From Kiloniellaceae bacterium (GTDB taxonomy: Bacteria; Pseudomonadota; Alphaproteobacteria; Kiloniellales; J153), in assembly GCA_021776135.1 (NCBI GenBank), contig JAJFGL010000031.1, positions 4,703 to 68,702 on the forward strand: a stretch of DNA of 64,000 nt, in the 5' to 3' direction. Under the pieces are notes generated by a model that saw only the letters and a list, made by a program, of their open reading frames with translations, made no database searches and was not told where the DNA came from. Of this stretch, positions 41,478-51,033 are shown in pieces; the first letter of the stretch is position 1, and every line of letters starts with the position of its first letter. Position numbers and translations under genes: made by a program.

Positions 41478-42866
41478 TTAACGGGCGGCGCTTCGCCGGA
41501 ATTGAATGTCGTTTCGTCCCTCGAGATACCCATGAACCGCCAGGGCCGTTTCCTGGGCCAGGTGCAGGCAGTTCGCGACCGAGGGGCCGGCGAGGTAATT
41601 TCCGGTCAGGAACAGGCCTTCGTGCCGCCTAGCGGTGGTTCGTAGAACCTCGGCCAGGCCTTGGTGGCCGATTTCGTACTGCGGCAGGCCGAGCGGCCAA
41701 TGGCGCACCCGGGCGATGCTGGGTTCGCCTTCGGCGCCAATCAGATCGCGAAACTCCGACCTCGCCAGGCGGATCAATTCAGGCCCCGGAAGGCGGGCCA
41801 TATGAGGCGCCCGGGCGCCCCCTATATAGGCGGATACGGCGACATGCCCCGCGGGCGCGCGGCCCGGGAACATGGTCGAACAGAACTGAGCGCCGATAAG
41901 CTTGCGGTTTTCCGCTTCGGCGGTGAGGAAGCCGAGGCCGTCCAGGGAATGGGCGACCTGGCGGCGGGGATAGCCCAGGAACACCACTGCCATGGGCGGC
42001 GCATGTATGCGCCCTGCCGCCGTGGCGGCTTGCGGATCGAGGCCGGCAAGCAGTTGCGCCGCCACATGGGCCTGGGTGGCGACGATGACGGATTTCGCCT
42101 GCAAACGCCCCTGCGGGCCAAGATCGATCGTGAAGCCGCCATGACAGGGCGATATCCGCCGCACCGTGGCGCCGGTTCGGATCCTGTTCCCCAAGCCTAG
42201 GGCCAGCGCCCTGGGCAGGGCCGCGATACCGTCGCGCCAGGAAAACAGCCGGCTGCCCGGCATTTTCCCGCCTTCGCGCCGGGCGTGCATGGCGCCCAGG
42301 GAAACGGAGCCGTATTTTTCCTCCAGGGCCACCAGCTTGGGAAAGATAGCCGAGACCGACAGCGCCGAGGCGCGGCCGCCGTAAATACCGGCGACCATGG
42401 GATCGATAATGCGTTCCGCGAATTCCTTGCCGAAGCGGCGCGAACAAAAGTCCATCACCGTCTCGTCCTTGCCGCCGCTTCTTTGCGGCAAAAGAAAATC
42501 CGCCAAGATGCGCAGCTTAGCCATGGGCGACAGATAGGACGCCGTTAGCATCCCAAGCGGCCCCGTGGAGATCGCGGAAAGTTTCCCCGCCGATACGAGA
42601 TAGCGGTTGCGAACCCCCACGCCGAGGTCGCAGCGCTGAGCGTCGAGACCGAGTTCGCTCGAGATTTGCCCGGCAGCAGGAATGTGCGCGTTCATGGTGC
42701 TGGGCCCATGTTCCATGAGGAAACCGCCGAGACGCTCGGTGATGGCGCTGCCGCCGGTGTGGGTTTGACGTTCGAGAAGGGTGACCTTGTGTCCACGGCT
42801 GGCGAGGCCGTGGGCCGCGGCCAGGCCGGAAACCCCGCCGCCGATGACGACGGCATCGCGGGTCAT
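41478..42866 (-). CDS. FAD-dependent protoporphyrinogen/coproporphyrinogen oxidase (HemY/CgoX family)
   Basis: Start set at Met 42866 (ATGA overlap with the radical SAM stop). Dinucleotide fold VVIGGGVSGLAAAHGLA...LLERQTHTGG...EHGPST. C-terminal LFLTGNYLAGPSVANC is typical of HemY. Confidence 0.7.
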   Translation of the reverse strand: MTRDAVVIGGGVSGLAAAHGLASRGHKVTLLERQTHTGGSAITERLGGFLMEHGPSTMNAHIPAAGQISSELGLDAQRCDLGVGVRNRYLVSAGKLSAISTGPLGMLTASYLSPMAKLRILADFLLPQRSGGKDETVMDFCSRRFGKEFAERIIDPMVAGIYGGRASALSVSAIFPKLVALEEKYGSVSLGAMHARREGGKMPGSRLFSWRDGIAALPRALALGLGNRIRTGATVRRISPCHGGFTIDLGPQGRLQAKSVIVATQAHVAAQLLAGLDPQAATAAGRIHAPPMAVVFLGYPRRQVAHSLDGLGFLTAEAENRKLIGAQFCSTMFPGRAPAGHVAVSAYIGGARAPHMARLPGPELIRLARSEFRDLIGAEGEPSIARVRHWPLGLPQYEIGHQGLAEVLRTTARRHEGLFLTGNYLAGPSVANCLHLAQETALAVHGYLEGRNDIQFRRSAAR

Positions 42867-44140
42867 TGTTCCGGCGTCCCGATACCGGGCGGCCGCCCGC
42901 CGAAGCGGGCGCGGGCTGTTTTCGCCAAGAGCGCCATCACCTCGGCCGTGACCTCGCACCCCTGTTCAGCCAGAACATGGCCTTCGGCTCTTTGGCGAAC
43001 GAATTGGCGGACGAAAGAGGGTATCCGCGCCAGCCATTCCTCCGCTTCCGGGGTCCAACGCAGACTGCCGGCATCCTTGTTCAGGGGCTCGATAACCGGA
43101 CCGCCTTGCGGCTCGTAGGCGCAGAGGAAATCCTCACCCATGAGCTGGCCGTCGCGGGCCAGGGGCCGGGCCCGGCAGCCACCGCAAATCTTTGAGTACT
43201 CGCAAGACCCGCAGCGTCCCTCCAGGACCGGCTTTCGCAACGCCTGGAACTGCGGCGCATCGCGCCAAATTTCGGCGATGCCCTGCGCGCGGATGGAGCC
43301 CACCTCCTGTTCCATGTAAGGGCAGGCCGTGACTCCGCCCAAGGGCGTGATCCGGCAATAGCGGGTCCCGGCCAGGCAGCCGCCGGCTTCGTAGCCGTGA
43401 GCGGCGGTGATCGGCCAGTCCGGGTCCAATTCCCAGGCCATGCGCTTGAAGTGCGGCGCGCACTTGGCCCGGATCATGATGTCCGTCTCCTGCTTGGCCG
43501 CTAGCGTCAGCTTGCGCATGACCCGGTCGTAGGATTGCGCGGAGATGTTGGTCATCTGTTCGCCGCGGCCGGTGCAAACCAGGAAGAAGACGTTGAGAAC
43601 GAAGGCCCCGGCGTCGCGCGCGAAAGCGATCATATCGTCGAGTTCGTGGGCGTTGTCGTCGGTGACCGAGAAATGAAGCTGAAAGCGTAAATCGTTGCGG
43701 CGGCAGGAATCAATGCCGGCCATGGCCAGTTCCCAGGAACCGGGCAGCCCGCGAAAGGCGTCGTGGGCTGCGGCGTCGAGGGAATCCAGGCTGATCCCCA
43801 CGCCTTGCGCCCCGGCCTCCTTCAAGGCCAGGACCCGCCGGTCGTTGAGGCCCATGCCGTTGGTGCCGATCACCGCCATGAGCCCCAAGCCCGTGGCATG
43901 GGCGACAAGTTCCGCGAGGTCGGCCCGCAACAGCGGCTCGCCGCCGGTAAAGACGACCATGATCTCATCGCTAAGCGCGGCGATGTCGTCCAGCAGCGCC
44001 GTCACTTCCGCCGTGGACAGTTCACCTGAGGCGTCGCTTTCCCGGGTGCCGGCGTCGAGATAGCAGTGCGCGCAGTTCAGGTTGCACCGGCGGGTCAGGT
44101 TCAGGGCGATCAGGAAAGGCGGGGGGAGTGTATCTGCCAT
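42863..44140 (-). CDS. Radical SAM/SPASM-domain enzyme (AhbD/NirJ-like) with C-terminal PCP_red-like domain
   Basis: CNLNCAHCY (CX3CX2C). C-terminal Cys clusters (GGCLAGTRYC, ACPYM, CGSCEYSKICGGCRA). Tail LRWTPEAEEWLARIPSFVRQFVRQRAEGHV resembles the ChlB/BchB C-terminal domain. Start set at MADTLPPPF. Confidence 0.8.
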   Translation of the reverse strand: MADTLPPPFLIALNLTRRCNLNCAHCYLDAGTRESDASGELSTAEVTALLDDIAALSDEIMVVFTGGEPLLRADLAELVAHATGLGLMAVIGTNGMGLNDRRVLALKEAGAQGVGISLDSLDAAAHDAFRGLPGSWELAMAGIDSCRRNDLRFQLHFSVTDDNAHELDDMIAFARDAGAFVLNVFFLVCTGRGEQMTNISAQSYDRVMRKLTLAAKQETDIMIRAKCAPHFKRMAWELDPDWPITAAHGYEAGGCLAGTRYCRITPLGGVTACPYMEQEVGSIRAQGIAEIWRDAPQFQALRKPVLEGRCGSCEYSKICGGCRARPLARDGQLMGEDFLCAYEPQGGPVIEPLNKDAGSLRWTPEAEEWLARIPSFVRQFVRQRAEGHVLAEQGCEVTAEVMALLAKTARARFGGRPPGIGTPEQ

Positions 44141-44153
44141 GGATTGCCCCCGG

Positions 44154-45803
44154 TCATTCCTTGTCCGCTTCGGGGGGCACCGGGCACATGGCCTTGCGTG
44201 CCTCGGCCACGGCTTCTTCCGCCAACTCCAGAGAAATTTCCTTGAGGCCGCGTTCAAGCGCCAAGTCCTCGACGCTCGCCTTCACCGGCTCGCGGACCAT
44301 GGCCGGCACCTTGGCGACCCGGGCCAGGGCCGCCGCCGTCCAGACCGGCCGGTCGTCGGCGTCCAGGTCGAGAAACGGCGTCACATGCTTCGGCAAGACC
44401 TCGCCGCTGTGATCGCGCCGGGCGCGCTTGATGGCGCGCAGCCGGATGTTATCGGCGACCGCCGGGTCGGGAAGCTTGGCGAGCAGCTTCAGGGCCGCTT
44501 TGCTCCAGGTCAGCTGTGCCCCGCCGCCCGGCTTGTTGGCGGCGAAACCCGGCATGGCCTTGCCCATGACCTCGTCCACGAGATCGGAGGTGACGAAGGT
44601 GTGGCCCAGTTTCTGGACGTGGCGCAGGACCATGCGCCGGGCCATGTCGCGGACGAATTCCGGCGCCCGGGAAATCTTCTTCTCGGCCTCGAGGCTCCAG
44701 GCCACGGTTTCCTCGGCCACCACGTCGAGAGGCGGGGTATAGACGCTCTGGGTCAGCCACATATGACAGGGCGCCAGACGCAGCAGGTTTTCCGCGTTGC
44801 CGCCGATGTCCAATTCGCCGTCGGCGTGAACCCCGGTCTTGCCGACCACCAGCAAACTGGCGCCGACTTCTTCCAGGTAGGTCAGGATGGCCTTGTAGGG
44901 CTTGCCGTCCAAAAGCTTGGTCGCGATCTTGACCCCCAGGCCCTCGGCCAGGGTCTCGGCCACCTCCAGGTGCGACTGGTAGATCTTGGCGATGCCGTCG
45001 TCGATGAGCTCCTCGTGCAGGGCTTCCTGTTCCTTGAAGCGGAAGACCTTGCCGGCTTCCTCGCTGAGCACGTCCGCGATCTTGTTGAAGGCGACGTAGT
45101 GGTAATAAGGATCGTAGGCGGCGATCGCATGAACCTCCGCCCCGGTCCGGGCCGCCAGGTCGAGGGCGGTCATGAGGGCGCCGTAGGATAGCGGCGAGCC
45201 GTCGATACCGGCGACGATGGGACCGTCGCCTATCGCCTTCTTGGGGTCGCGGACGACGAAGGTATCGATGGGCGAGCGGCGCACGACGCGCTCCGCGACG
45301 GTGCCGATGAGGCTACCCGGCACCGCGCCCAGGCCCAAGGCCCCCAGGGCCAGCACGTCGTAGTCGCCGCTACGCGCCGCCTCCACCACCTTGGTGTAGT
45401 TCTTACCTTCGGGGCTGAGCCGCTTGAAGGTCACGCCGCCCTCGTCGCAGGCCGCCCTGCCGGCATCGTGGTAAGAATCGGAGATGATGCTGAGGCCGCG
45501 CGTTATCAGGTCGTCGTGAACCTCGCGCTGATGACCCATCTCCTGCTCGTCCAGATACCTCTCCGGCAGTCCGCCTTCCATCATCTTGAAACGGCGGTCG
45601 TGGAGCAGGGCCGCATAGGCGTGAATGCCGGTGATCGTGCCGGCGGCGGACTTGGTCAGGCGGATCGCCTCTTCGAGCGCCTTGTTGGCGTGCTCGGAAG
45701 CATCCAGGGCCACCAGAATACGCGCCAAGGGCACGGGCGCCGTGTCCGCCGGGCGGGAATCGGCCGCCGTCTCGGCGGTTTGCGGGGATAAAGAAGGTGT
45801 CAT
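44154..45803 (-). CDS. Tandem universal-stress-protein domains fused to three PCP_red-like repeats
   Basis: Two USP units (ILVALDASEHANKAL...; IVAGIDGSPLSYGAL...). Three W-x-x-(E/A)A...(I/L/V)P motifs follow (VAWSLEAEKKISRAPEFVRDMARR; LTWSKAALKLLAKLPDP; PVWTAAALARVAKVPAMVRE). Confidence 0.7.
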   Translation of the reverse strand: MTPSLSPQTAETAADSRPADTAPVPLARILVALDASEHANKALEEAIRLTKSAAGTITGIHAYAALLHDRRFKMMEGGLPERYLDEQEMGHQREVHDDLITRGLSIISDSYHDAGRAACDEGGVTFKRLSPEGKNYTKVVEAARSGDYDVLALGALGLGAVPGSLIGTVAERVVRRSPIDTFVVRDPKKAIGDGPIVAGIDGSPLSYGALMTALDLAARTGAEVHAIAAYDPYYHYVAFNKIADVLSEEAGKVFRFKEQEALHEELIDDGIAKIYQSHLEVAETLAEGLGVKIATKLLDGKPYKAILTYLEEVGASLLVVGKTGVHADGELDIGGNAENLLRLAPCHMWLTQSVYTPPLDVVAEETVAWSLEAEKKISRAPEFVRDMARRMVLRHVQKLGHTFVTSDLVDEVMGKAMPGFAANKPGGGAQLTWSKAALKLLAKLPDPAVADNIRLRAIKRARRDHSGEVLPKHVTPFLDLDADDRPVWTAAALARVAKVPAMVREPVKASVEDLALERGLKEISLELAEEAVAEARKAMCPVPPEADKE

Positions 45804-45873
45804 TTCAAGGCTTTCATTCTATTTGCCCCCCTATGGGGCCTTAGTATGGGGCCCTAGAAGCGGCGGCGGCGCC

Positions 45874-45887
45874 TTGATCTCCCTCAA
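45874..45887. promoter_or_regulatory. FNR/FixK-type box, one mismatch (TTGATCTCCCTCAA)
   Basis: Fits TTGA-N6-TCAA. Centre lies about 77 nt upstream of the USP gene ATG (45803) and overlaps the stop of the small membrane ORF. Confidence 0.4.
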
Positions 45888-46090
45888 GCGCGGTTGCGCC
45901 GGATCGCCCCGATCATGCAAAGCAACAGCCCGGCCGCGATGAGCATGGCGTGAAAGGGGACGATCTCGAGACCGCCGCGCCACGACAGCATGGTGTTGAG
46001 CCACCCCAGGATAATCAGGATAACGCCGAAGATACGAAAGACGGCGCCCCGGCTTCTATCAGGTAACGATTCCTGTGCCTCATCCCTCAT
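45884..46090 (-). CDS. Small two-TM membrane protein (68 aa) coupled to the cytochrome c/EB_dh gene
   Basis: ATGA start/stop overlap with the upstream gene. Two hydrophobic helices (VFRIFGVILIILGWL; AMLIAAGLLLCMIGAI). Confidence 0.5.
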   Translation of the reverse strand: MRDEAQESLPDRSRGAVFRIFGVILIILGWLNTMLSWRGGLEIVPFHAMLIAAGLLLCMIGAIRRNRA

Positions 46091-47622
46091 GGTGCCCGAG
46101 TCCTCGCGCTACGTCCCCACCAAATCAGAATCGCGCCGAGCAAAAGCGTAACGGCGATGGCGGCTATGATGGGCCGGGCACTAGCCGAGGGTTTCAGCAG
46201 CAGCCAGTACCAGGTGGTCATGGCGTGATGCGATCCGGCTTCGCCGTTGGAGCCGTCCCAGGCGAAAAAGGCGATGGGAATGAAACGCCCTTCCTCGAAC
46301 TGCAAGTCCTGGTCCGCGGCCCCGGTTATCAGTGGCCGGGTCATGACCACGCGCCAGGTGCCGGCCTTGTAGCTGCTCTTGGCCGTGAGGCCGCCGGCAT
46401 CGCGCATTTGTTGCTCGGCTATTCCCATGGCGTCGATCATGGCGACGCTTTCCGCTTCCTCCGTGGTGCCGCCGGACCAGCGCCAGAGATTGACCGGCTT
46501 GGCCGCGTCGCCCATGAGGAAATAGGGTTTCTCCATGCCGGCGGGGAGCGTCACCGGGAACTGCACGGCGACGGCGTCTTCGGTCAGGTCTTCGTCGGCG
46601 ATACTCAGGGCCTTAGGGTCGCCGGGGATGCTCTTCGTCCGGTCGTCCCATTCCAGATGCAGGCCGATTTTATCGCCGTTATAAAGGGCGCGGACGCTGA
46701 GCGTGTCGTTGGCGGCGGTGAAGAACCGCGTTTCGCCGACGATCTGCGGAACCATGAAAAAGGTTGAGGGCGGCGCCGCATCCCAGGCGGGATCTTCGGG
46801 CGAGGAGGGAATCTCCCCCTCCAGGCGCGCCGCCTGAATGACCGTGTTCGCGGGCCGCACGACCTTTTCCGTCTTGGCCAGGGAGGTCACGTAGTTGGCG
46901 ACGTGCCAGCGTTCCTCGATGCTCAACTTCTTCTTGCTCTTGGGGTCGGCGAAGGAGGGCATCTGTGTGGTCGGGATGCCCGCGGTGATTCGGTTGAAGA
47001 CGTCCTTGGGGTCGTTGCTGGCGCGGAAGGTCCAGGGCTTGGTTAGGTTCCGGGGCCAGGTTCGGTCGCCGTTGTCGTTTTTCAGCTTCTTGATGGCGTC
47101 GCCCTTGCCCTCGGCGCCATGGCATTCCGAACAGCGGTCGTCGGCGTGAAAGAGCGTCTTGCCGGCGGCGATGCTTTCCGCCGAGGTCGCGACCTGGGCA
47201 CCGTAATCCACCTGAGTTTCAGGTTCGCCCTCCAATTCCGCGAAGGTTTTGATATAGGCGATGACGTCCCACATGTCCTGTTCGTTCAGCAGGCCGCTCC
47301 AGCCCGGCATGGCGGTGCCGGGCATGCCGTCGCGGACCATGCGGAGCAGGTCGCCGTCGTTGGGCAAGTCCTCGTCGAAGGGCGTGGACTTGAACTTGTA
47401 GAGGCCGAAGGTGAAATCGCGCGGCGGCGGGTTCAGGCGCTCGGCGGCCGGGCCGAGGCCGTCGCCGTCCTCGCCGTGGCACTGCAGGCAGCGCTTCGCG
47501 TAGATGGCCTCGCCATTTTCCTCGTCGCCCGGTGCGGCCATGGCCGGGCCCAGATAAAGCGCCAGAAATCCGGCGGCAAAGACCGGCGGGAGGTATTTTT
47601 TCAGCCCGCCGCCCGCCATCAT
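46087..47622 (-). CDS. Diheme cytochrome c fused to EB_dh (DMSO-reductase type II heme-b subunit-like) domain with C-terminal TM anchor (module 1)
   Basis: Signal peptide. CLQCH and CSECH. C-terminal half has the EB_dh pattern (VRALYNGDKIGLHLEWDD..., AVQFPV..., FFAWDGSNGE). Terminal helix IIAAIAVTLLLGAILIWW. Confidence 0.8.
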   Translation of the reverse strand: MMAGGGLKKYLPPVFAAGFLALYLGPAMAAPGDEENGEAIYAKRCLQCHGEDGDGLGPAAERLNPPPRDFTFGLYKFKSTPFDEDLPNDGDLLRMVRDGMPGTAMPGWSGLLNEQDMWDVIAYIKTFAELEGEPETQVDYGAQVATSAESIAAGKTLFHADDRCSECHGAEGKGDAIKKLKNDNGDRTWPRNLTKPWTFRASNDPKDVFNRITAGIPTTQMPSFADPKSKKKLSIEERWHVANYVTSLAKTEKVVRPANTVIQAARLEGEIPSSPEDPAWDAAPPSTFFMVPQIVGETRFFTAANDTLSVRALYNGDKIGLHLEWDDRTKSIPGDPKALSIADEDLTEDAVAVQFPVTLPAGMEKPYFLMGDAAKPVNLWRWSGGTTEEAESVAMIDAMGIAEQQMRDAGGLTAKSSYKAGTWRVVMTRPLITGAADQDLQFEEGRFIPIAFFAWDGSNGEAGSHHAMTTWYWLLLKPSASARPIIAAIAVTLLLGAILIWWGRSARTRAP

Positions 47623-48386
47623 TCGTTCCCCCAGGTTCGCGGCGAATGGCCCGTGTAATCATAGAGGAACAGGATCGTTTTCCAGATCTCGTCTTCCTTA
47701 AGGAAATTCTGCCAGACCGGCATGGAGGAAATCCAAGGCGCCGCCTCCTTCGGCAAGCCTGGGCCGCCGGTGGCAATGCGCCAGAACAAATAGGATTCCT
47801 GAAGCTGGGCGATGGTGCCCACGTCCTGGAAATTGAGCGGCGTCGGGTTCAGGCCGGCCGCATAGGGGCCGTTGCCGTCGAGCTTGTCGCCGTGGCAGTA
47901 CTGGCAGTTCTGGATATAGACGGCGGCGCCTTCCTCAACCAATTCGCGGAATTGCTCCGGGTCTTCCTTCTCCAGCTTCCTGAAGGGGTTTTCCAGCTTC
48001 AGGAGATTGACCCGCTTACCGTAAATCTTGGCCGTGGTCGGCGGCGCCGGGTGGATGGTGCGCAACTCCAACGGCGCTTCGAAGCTGGGCTGCATCTGCA
48101 CGTAGGTGCCGGCCCCCGCCGCCAGCGGGACGATAACGAAAACGATGTTGCGCCACACGCGCTTGCTCGGATCCTCGACCAGGGCCTTGATGGGGGCGAC
48201 CAACTCGCGCGTCCCTTCCTCGTCGTAGGTAAAGACCATGAACACCCCGGCGGTGACGAAAAACATGTACATGACCAGCAGGCTGGACGGGATCACCGCC
48301 TCGAGGATCACGTCGAAGACGACGATAAAACCGAAATAGACCCCGGCCAGGACCAGCACGGCCTGCAGCAACTTGGGAATTCTCAT
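47619..48386 (-). CDS. Membrane-anchored monoheme cytochrome c (module 1)
   Basis: Hydrophobic N-terminal helices, one CQYCH motif. C-terminal WRIATGGPGLPKEAAPWISSMPVW is shared with its module-2 paralog. Confidence 0.8.
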   Translation of the reverse strand: MRIPKLLQAVLVLAGVYFGFIVVFDVILEAVIPSSLLVMYMFFVTAGVFMVFTYDEEGTRELVAPIKALVEDPSKRVWRNIVFVIVPLAAGAGTYVQMQPSFEAPLELRTIHPAPPTTAKIYGKRVNLLKLENPFRKLEKEDPEQFRELVEEGAAVYIQNCQYCHGDKLDGNGPYAAGLNPTPLNFQDVGTIAQLQESYLFWRIATGGPGLPKEAAPWISSMPVWQNFLKEDEIWKTILFLYDYTGHSPRTWGNE

Positions 48387-48396
48387 TGCCGCCTCC

Positions 48397-49218
48397 TCAC
48401 TTCAAACCGGCCAGGTAATCCAGCAGGATTTCCAGTTCCGCGACGTACATGGCCTCGCCCATATCCTCCGGCATCATGTCTTCTTCGAAGCCCTCGGCGA
48501 TATCGGCGTTGGGGTCCAGGATCGCGCGGCGGAGGTAGTCCCGGTCGCGGCTGGCGCCGATCCGGGTCAGGTCGGGCCCGACCTCGCCGCCTTCGCCGCC
48601 GATCGCGTGACAGGCGTCGCAGGTGAAAAGGGCCATGAGTTCCTGGGGGTCGGCGATGGCTTCGCGCGCTTCGCTCTCGTCTTCTTCGTCTTCTTCGTCT
48701 TCTTGCGCGCCTATGTCCTGAGGTACCTCGACCGTGACCTCGGCGCCGCTGGAATCCTGGAGATAGGCGACAACGGCCGCGACCTCGGCCTCGGACATGC
48801 CGATACCGCCGCTGGCGACATTCGGCATGGGGCTTTCGGTATCGTTGGTGCCTTTCTTGCCGAAACCGATGACCACGAAGGCCGAAGGATCGATCAGCGA
48901 CTCGGTCAGGTATTCCTCGACAGTTGCGGCCTCGCCCTCGTAGCGGGGATCTTCCAGGCGCCCTGCCGCGACCTCGCCGATCGCCGCCAACTCGGGCGCC
49001 CGGCCCAGGGAATTATGACAAAGGGTGCAGGTGCCCTTGCCGTTGAAGAGCCTCTCGCCCAGGGCGATAAAGCCGTCCAGGGTCATGGACCCGAGGTCGA
49101 GCTTTTCTTCCTTGGGCGGCGGCGCCGGTTCGATCTGCGGTATGCCGTAATTGGAATAGCCGGCGAAAAAGCCGATGGTCAGCAGGGTAAAGACAACCAC
49201 GGTGAGGAACTGGCGCAT
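48397..49218 (-). CDS. Membrane-anchored diheme cytochrome c (module 1)
   Basis: N-terminal TM helix, CTLCH and CDACH motifs. Acidic linker QEDEEDEEDESEA. Start shares 1 nt with the bd-like gene stop. Confidence 0.8.
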   Translation of the reverse strand: MRQFLTVVVFTLLTIGFFAGYSNYGIPQIEPAPPPKEEKLDLGSMTLDGFIALGERLFNGKGTCTLCHNSLGRAPELAAIGEVAAGRLEDPRYEGEAATVEEYLTESLIDPSAFVVIGFGKKGTNDTESPMPNVASGGIGMSEAEVAAVVAYLQDSSGAEVTVEVPQDIGAQEDEEDEEDESEAREAIADPQELMALFTCDACHAIGGEGGEVGPDLTRIGASRDRDYLRRAILDPNADIAEGFEEDMMPEDMGEAMYVAELEILLDYLAGLK

Positions 49219-51011
49219 TAGTCCTTCCAGTACCCGGCCGGCAGCGTCTTATCGCTACTGACCTGGGCGATCCAGAAGACGAAAATCACCATGGCCATGA
49301 AAATGATCGCGGCCACGGAGACCACATTGGCGGCATAGCCCAGGGTCGGCGTGAAGGCGTCCGGCGAGGCGTCGCGCATGATGTCGAGAACGTGCCAATG
49401 CTGGCGGATGCCGGAGCGGATGTAGCCCATCAGCCCCATGAGCCAGGTGAAGGCGACGGCGAGCAGGAACAAGGCGTACTGGGCCCGCTCCGGTATCCGC
49501 CCCCAATGCAGCGGCCCGACCTCCTTGCCGCCCCGGTAGATAAAGGAATCCAGGGCGATGCTGCCGGCGATGACAACCAAGGTGGTCAAGACCTGCGGGA
49601 TCGAGGCCGCGACCTTGTAAACCGTGTTGGTGAAGTAGCCGTGATAGATGCCCAGGAATAGGATGTTGGCGATGCCGGCCGCATAAAGCGCCACCTGTAT
49701 GGCGTTGCCGGCCTTGACCCAGGGCACGGTGGCGACCTTGTTGGCGCGCCGGTAGAACATGAAACTCAGCGCCGTGAAAATAATCATCACGTTCACCGCC
49801 GTGTTCTTGGCCGGCATGATGCCCAGGGGCCCGAGAATCTTGTGGTGCGGCCCGCCCAGGGCCTTCAACTCCTCGTTGGTCAGCACCAGGGTATGGGGCG
49901 TGAACCAGACCAGGAAGGCGCCGACCAGGACGATGGCGATGTATTTGATGTACTTGGTGTAGCGCTTGGCGCCGTCGCTGCGCCCCATGCCGCACCAGAG
50001 GTAATAGTTGGCCGAGAGGAACAGGGTGCCGATCAGCACCGCCTGGATGATGAACAGCCAGGCGAAGATGCCGCCCATGAGGGTGATCCCCATCTGCTGG
50101 CTGTAGGCGTAAATCTCGGCCGCCAGGTAGTACCCGGCGAAGGGCAGGGGCAACAGCGCGCAAATGGCGATGAAGTTGGCGTTGTACCCCATCCAGTCGT
50201 AGTGCGCGCGTTCCCGCGGCCCCGAGGCGGTCAGGAACTTGAAGGCCGCGTAGGCGCCGACGATGGAGCCGCCATAAGCGATGTTGGCGACGAAACGATG
50301 GATGTTGATGGGGTTCCAGAGGAAATTATGGATGGCGGCCCAGGCGTCGCCGCTGAAAACCCCGGCGCCATCGACACCCGCCGGGCTCATCATGAAGGTC
50401 AGCCAGGCATTGGCCAGCAACATGATCGTCGTGCCAACGGCATTGAGCACCAGGCCCAAGGTCAGATGCACCCACTTCCTGAAACCGCCCTGCAGCCAGT
50501 GCCAGCCGTAGTAATAAATGTATAGCGCCGCGCTCTCGGCGAAGAACAGCAGCGCGTAGTAGAACATGCTCTCGCGGAAAATGGTCGAGAGATAGGAAAA
50601 CAGGTGCGGATAAAACAGGATCAAGGAGAACAACAACATCCCACCCAGAATCGCGGTTAGGGAATAGGCGGTGATGGAAACCTTGATGAACTCGTAGGCC
50701 ATGTCGTCGTAGCGCTTGTCGCGGGTGCGCATGCCGATGGCTTCGATGATGAAAACGAAAATCGGCACGGCCAGGACGAAGGCCGCGAACCAGAGGTGAA
50801 GCTGGGCGAATATCCAGACCGCGACCCGGCTGTTGACGCCGGCGATGCTCGGGTAATCGGCGGCGCTGAGCTTGGGCGCCGGGGGATAAAGCCTGGCCGC
50901 CGCCTCCCCGTGCTCGGCGGCGAGGGCGCCCAACTGCTCGACGCCGGTAAAAGTAAGCGCCGCCGCGGCAAGGGCGAGCCCGATCCCGAATTTAGGGAGA
51001 GGCCGGTTCAT
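49218..51011 (-). CDS. Cytochrome bd ubiquinol oxidase subunit-I-like polytopic membrane protein (bd-like, module 1)
   Basis: 597 aa, many TM helices. CydA-like N-terminal helix with conserved His (FAQLHLWFAAFVLAVPIF). Segments YYYGW, MMSPAGVD, AHYDWMGY, LPLPFAGYY. No CydB gene adjacent. Confidence 0.75.
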   Translation of the reverse strand: MNRPLPKFGIGLALAAAALTFTGVEQLGALAAEHGEAAARLYPPAPKLSAADYPSIAGVNSRVAVWIFAQLHLWFAAFVLAVPIFVFIIEAIGMRTRDKRYDDMAYEFIKVSITAYSLTAILGGMLLFSLILFYPHLFSYLSTIFRESMFYYALLFFAESAALYIYYYGWHWLQGGFRKWVHLTLGLVLNAVGTTIMLLANAWLTFMMSPAGVDGAGVFSGDAWAAIHNFLWNPINIHRFVANIAYGGSIVGAYAAFKFLTASGPRERAHYDWMGYNANFIAICALLPLPFAGYYLAAEIYAYSQQMGITLMGGIFAWLFIIQAVLIGTLFLSANYYLWCGMGRSDGAKRYTKYIKYIAIVLVGAFLVWFTPHTLVLTNEELKALGGPHHKILGPLGIMPAKNTAVNVMIIFTALSFMFYRRANKVATVPWVKAGNAIQVALYAAGIANILFLGIYHGYFTNTVYKVAASIPQVLTTLVVIAGSIALDSFIYRGGKEVGPLHWGRIPERAQYALFLLAVAFTWLMGLMGYIRSGIRQHWHVLDIMRDASPDAFTPTLGYAANVVSVAAIIFMAMVIFVFWIAQVSSDKTLPAGYWKD

Positions 51012-51033
51012 GTTTTTCTCAAGGCCTCATCCA

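Noticed and set aside
44082-45191. 369-aa plus-strand ORF antisense to the USP/PCP_red gene
   Set aside because: It has no motifs and a skewed composition. The minus-strand frame has recognisable USP and PCP_red patterns.
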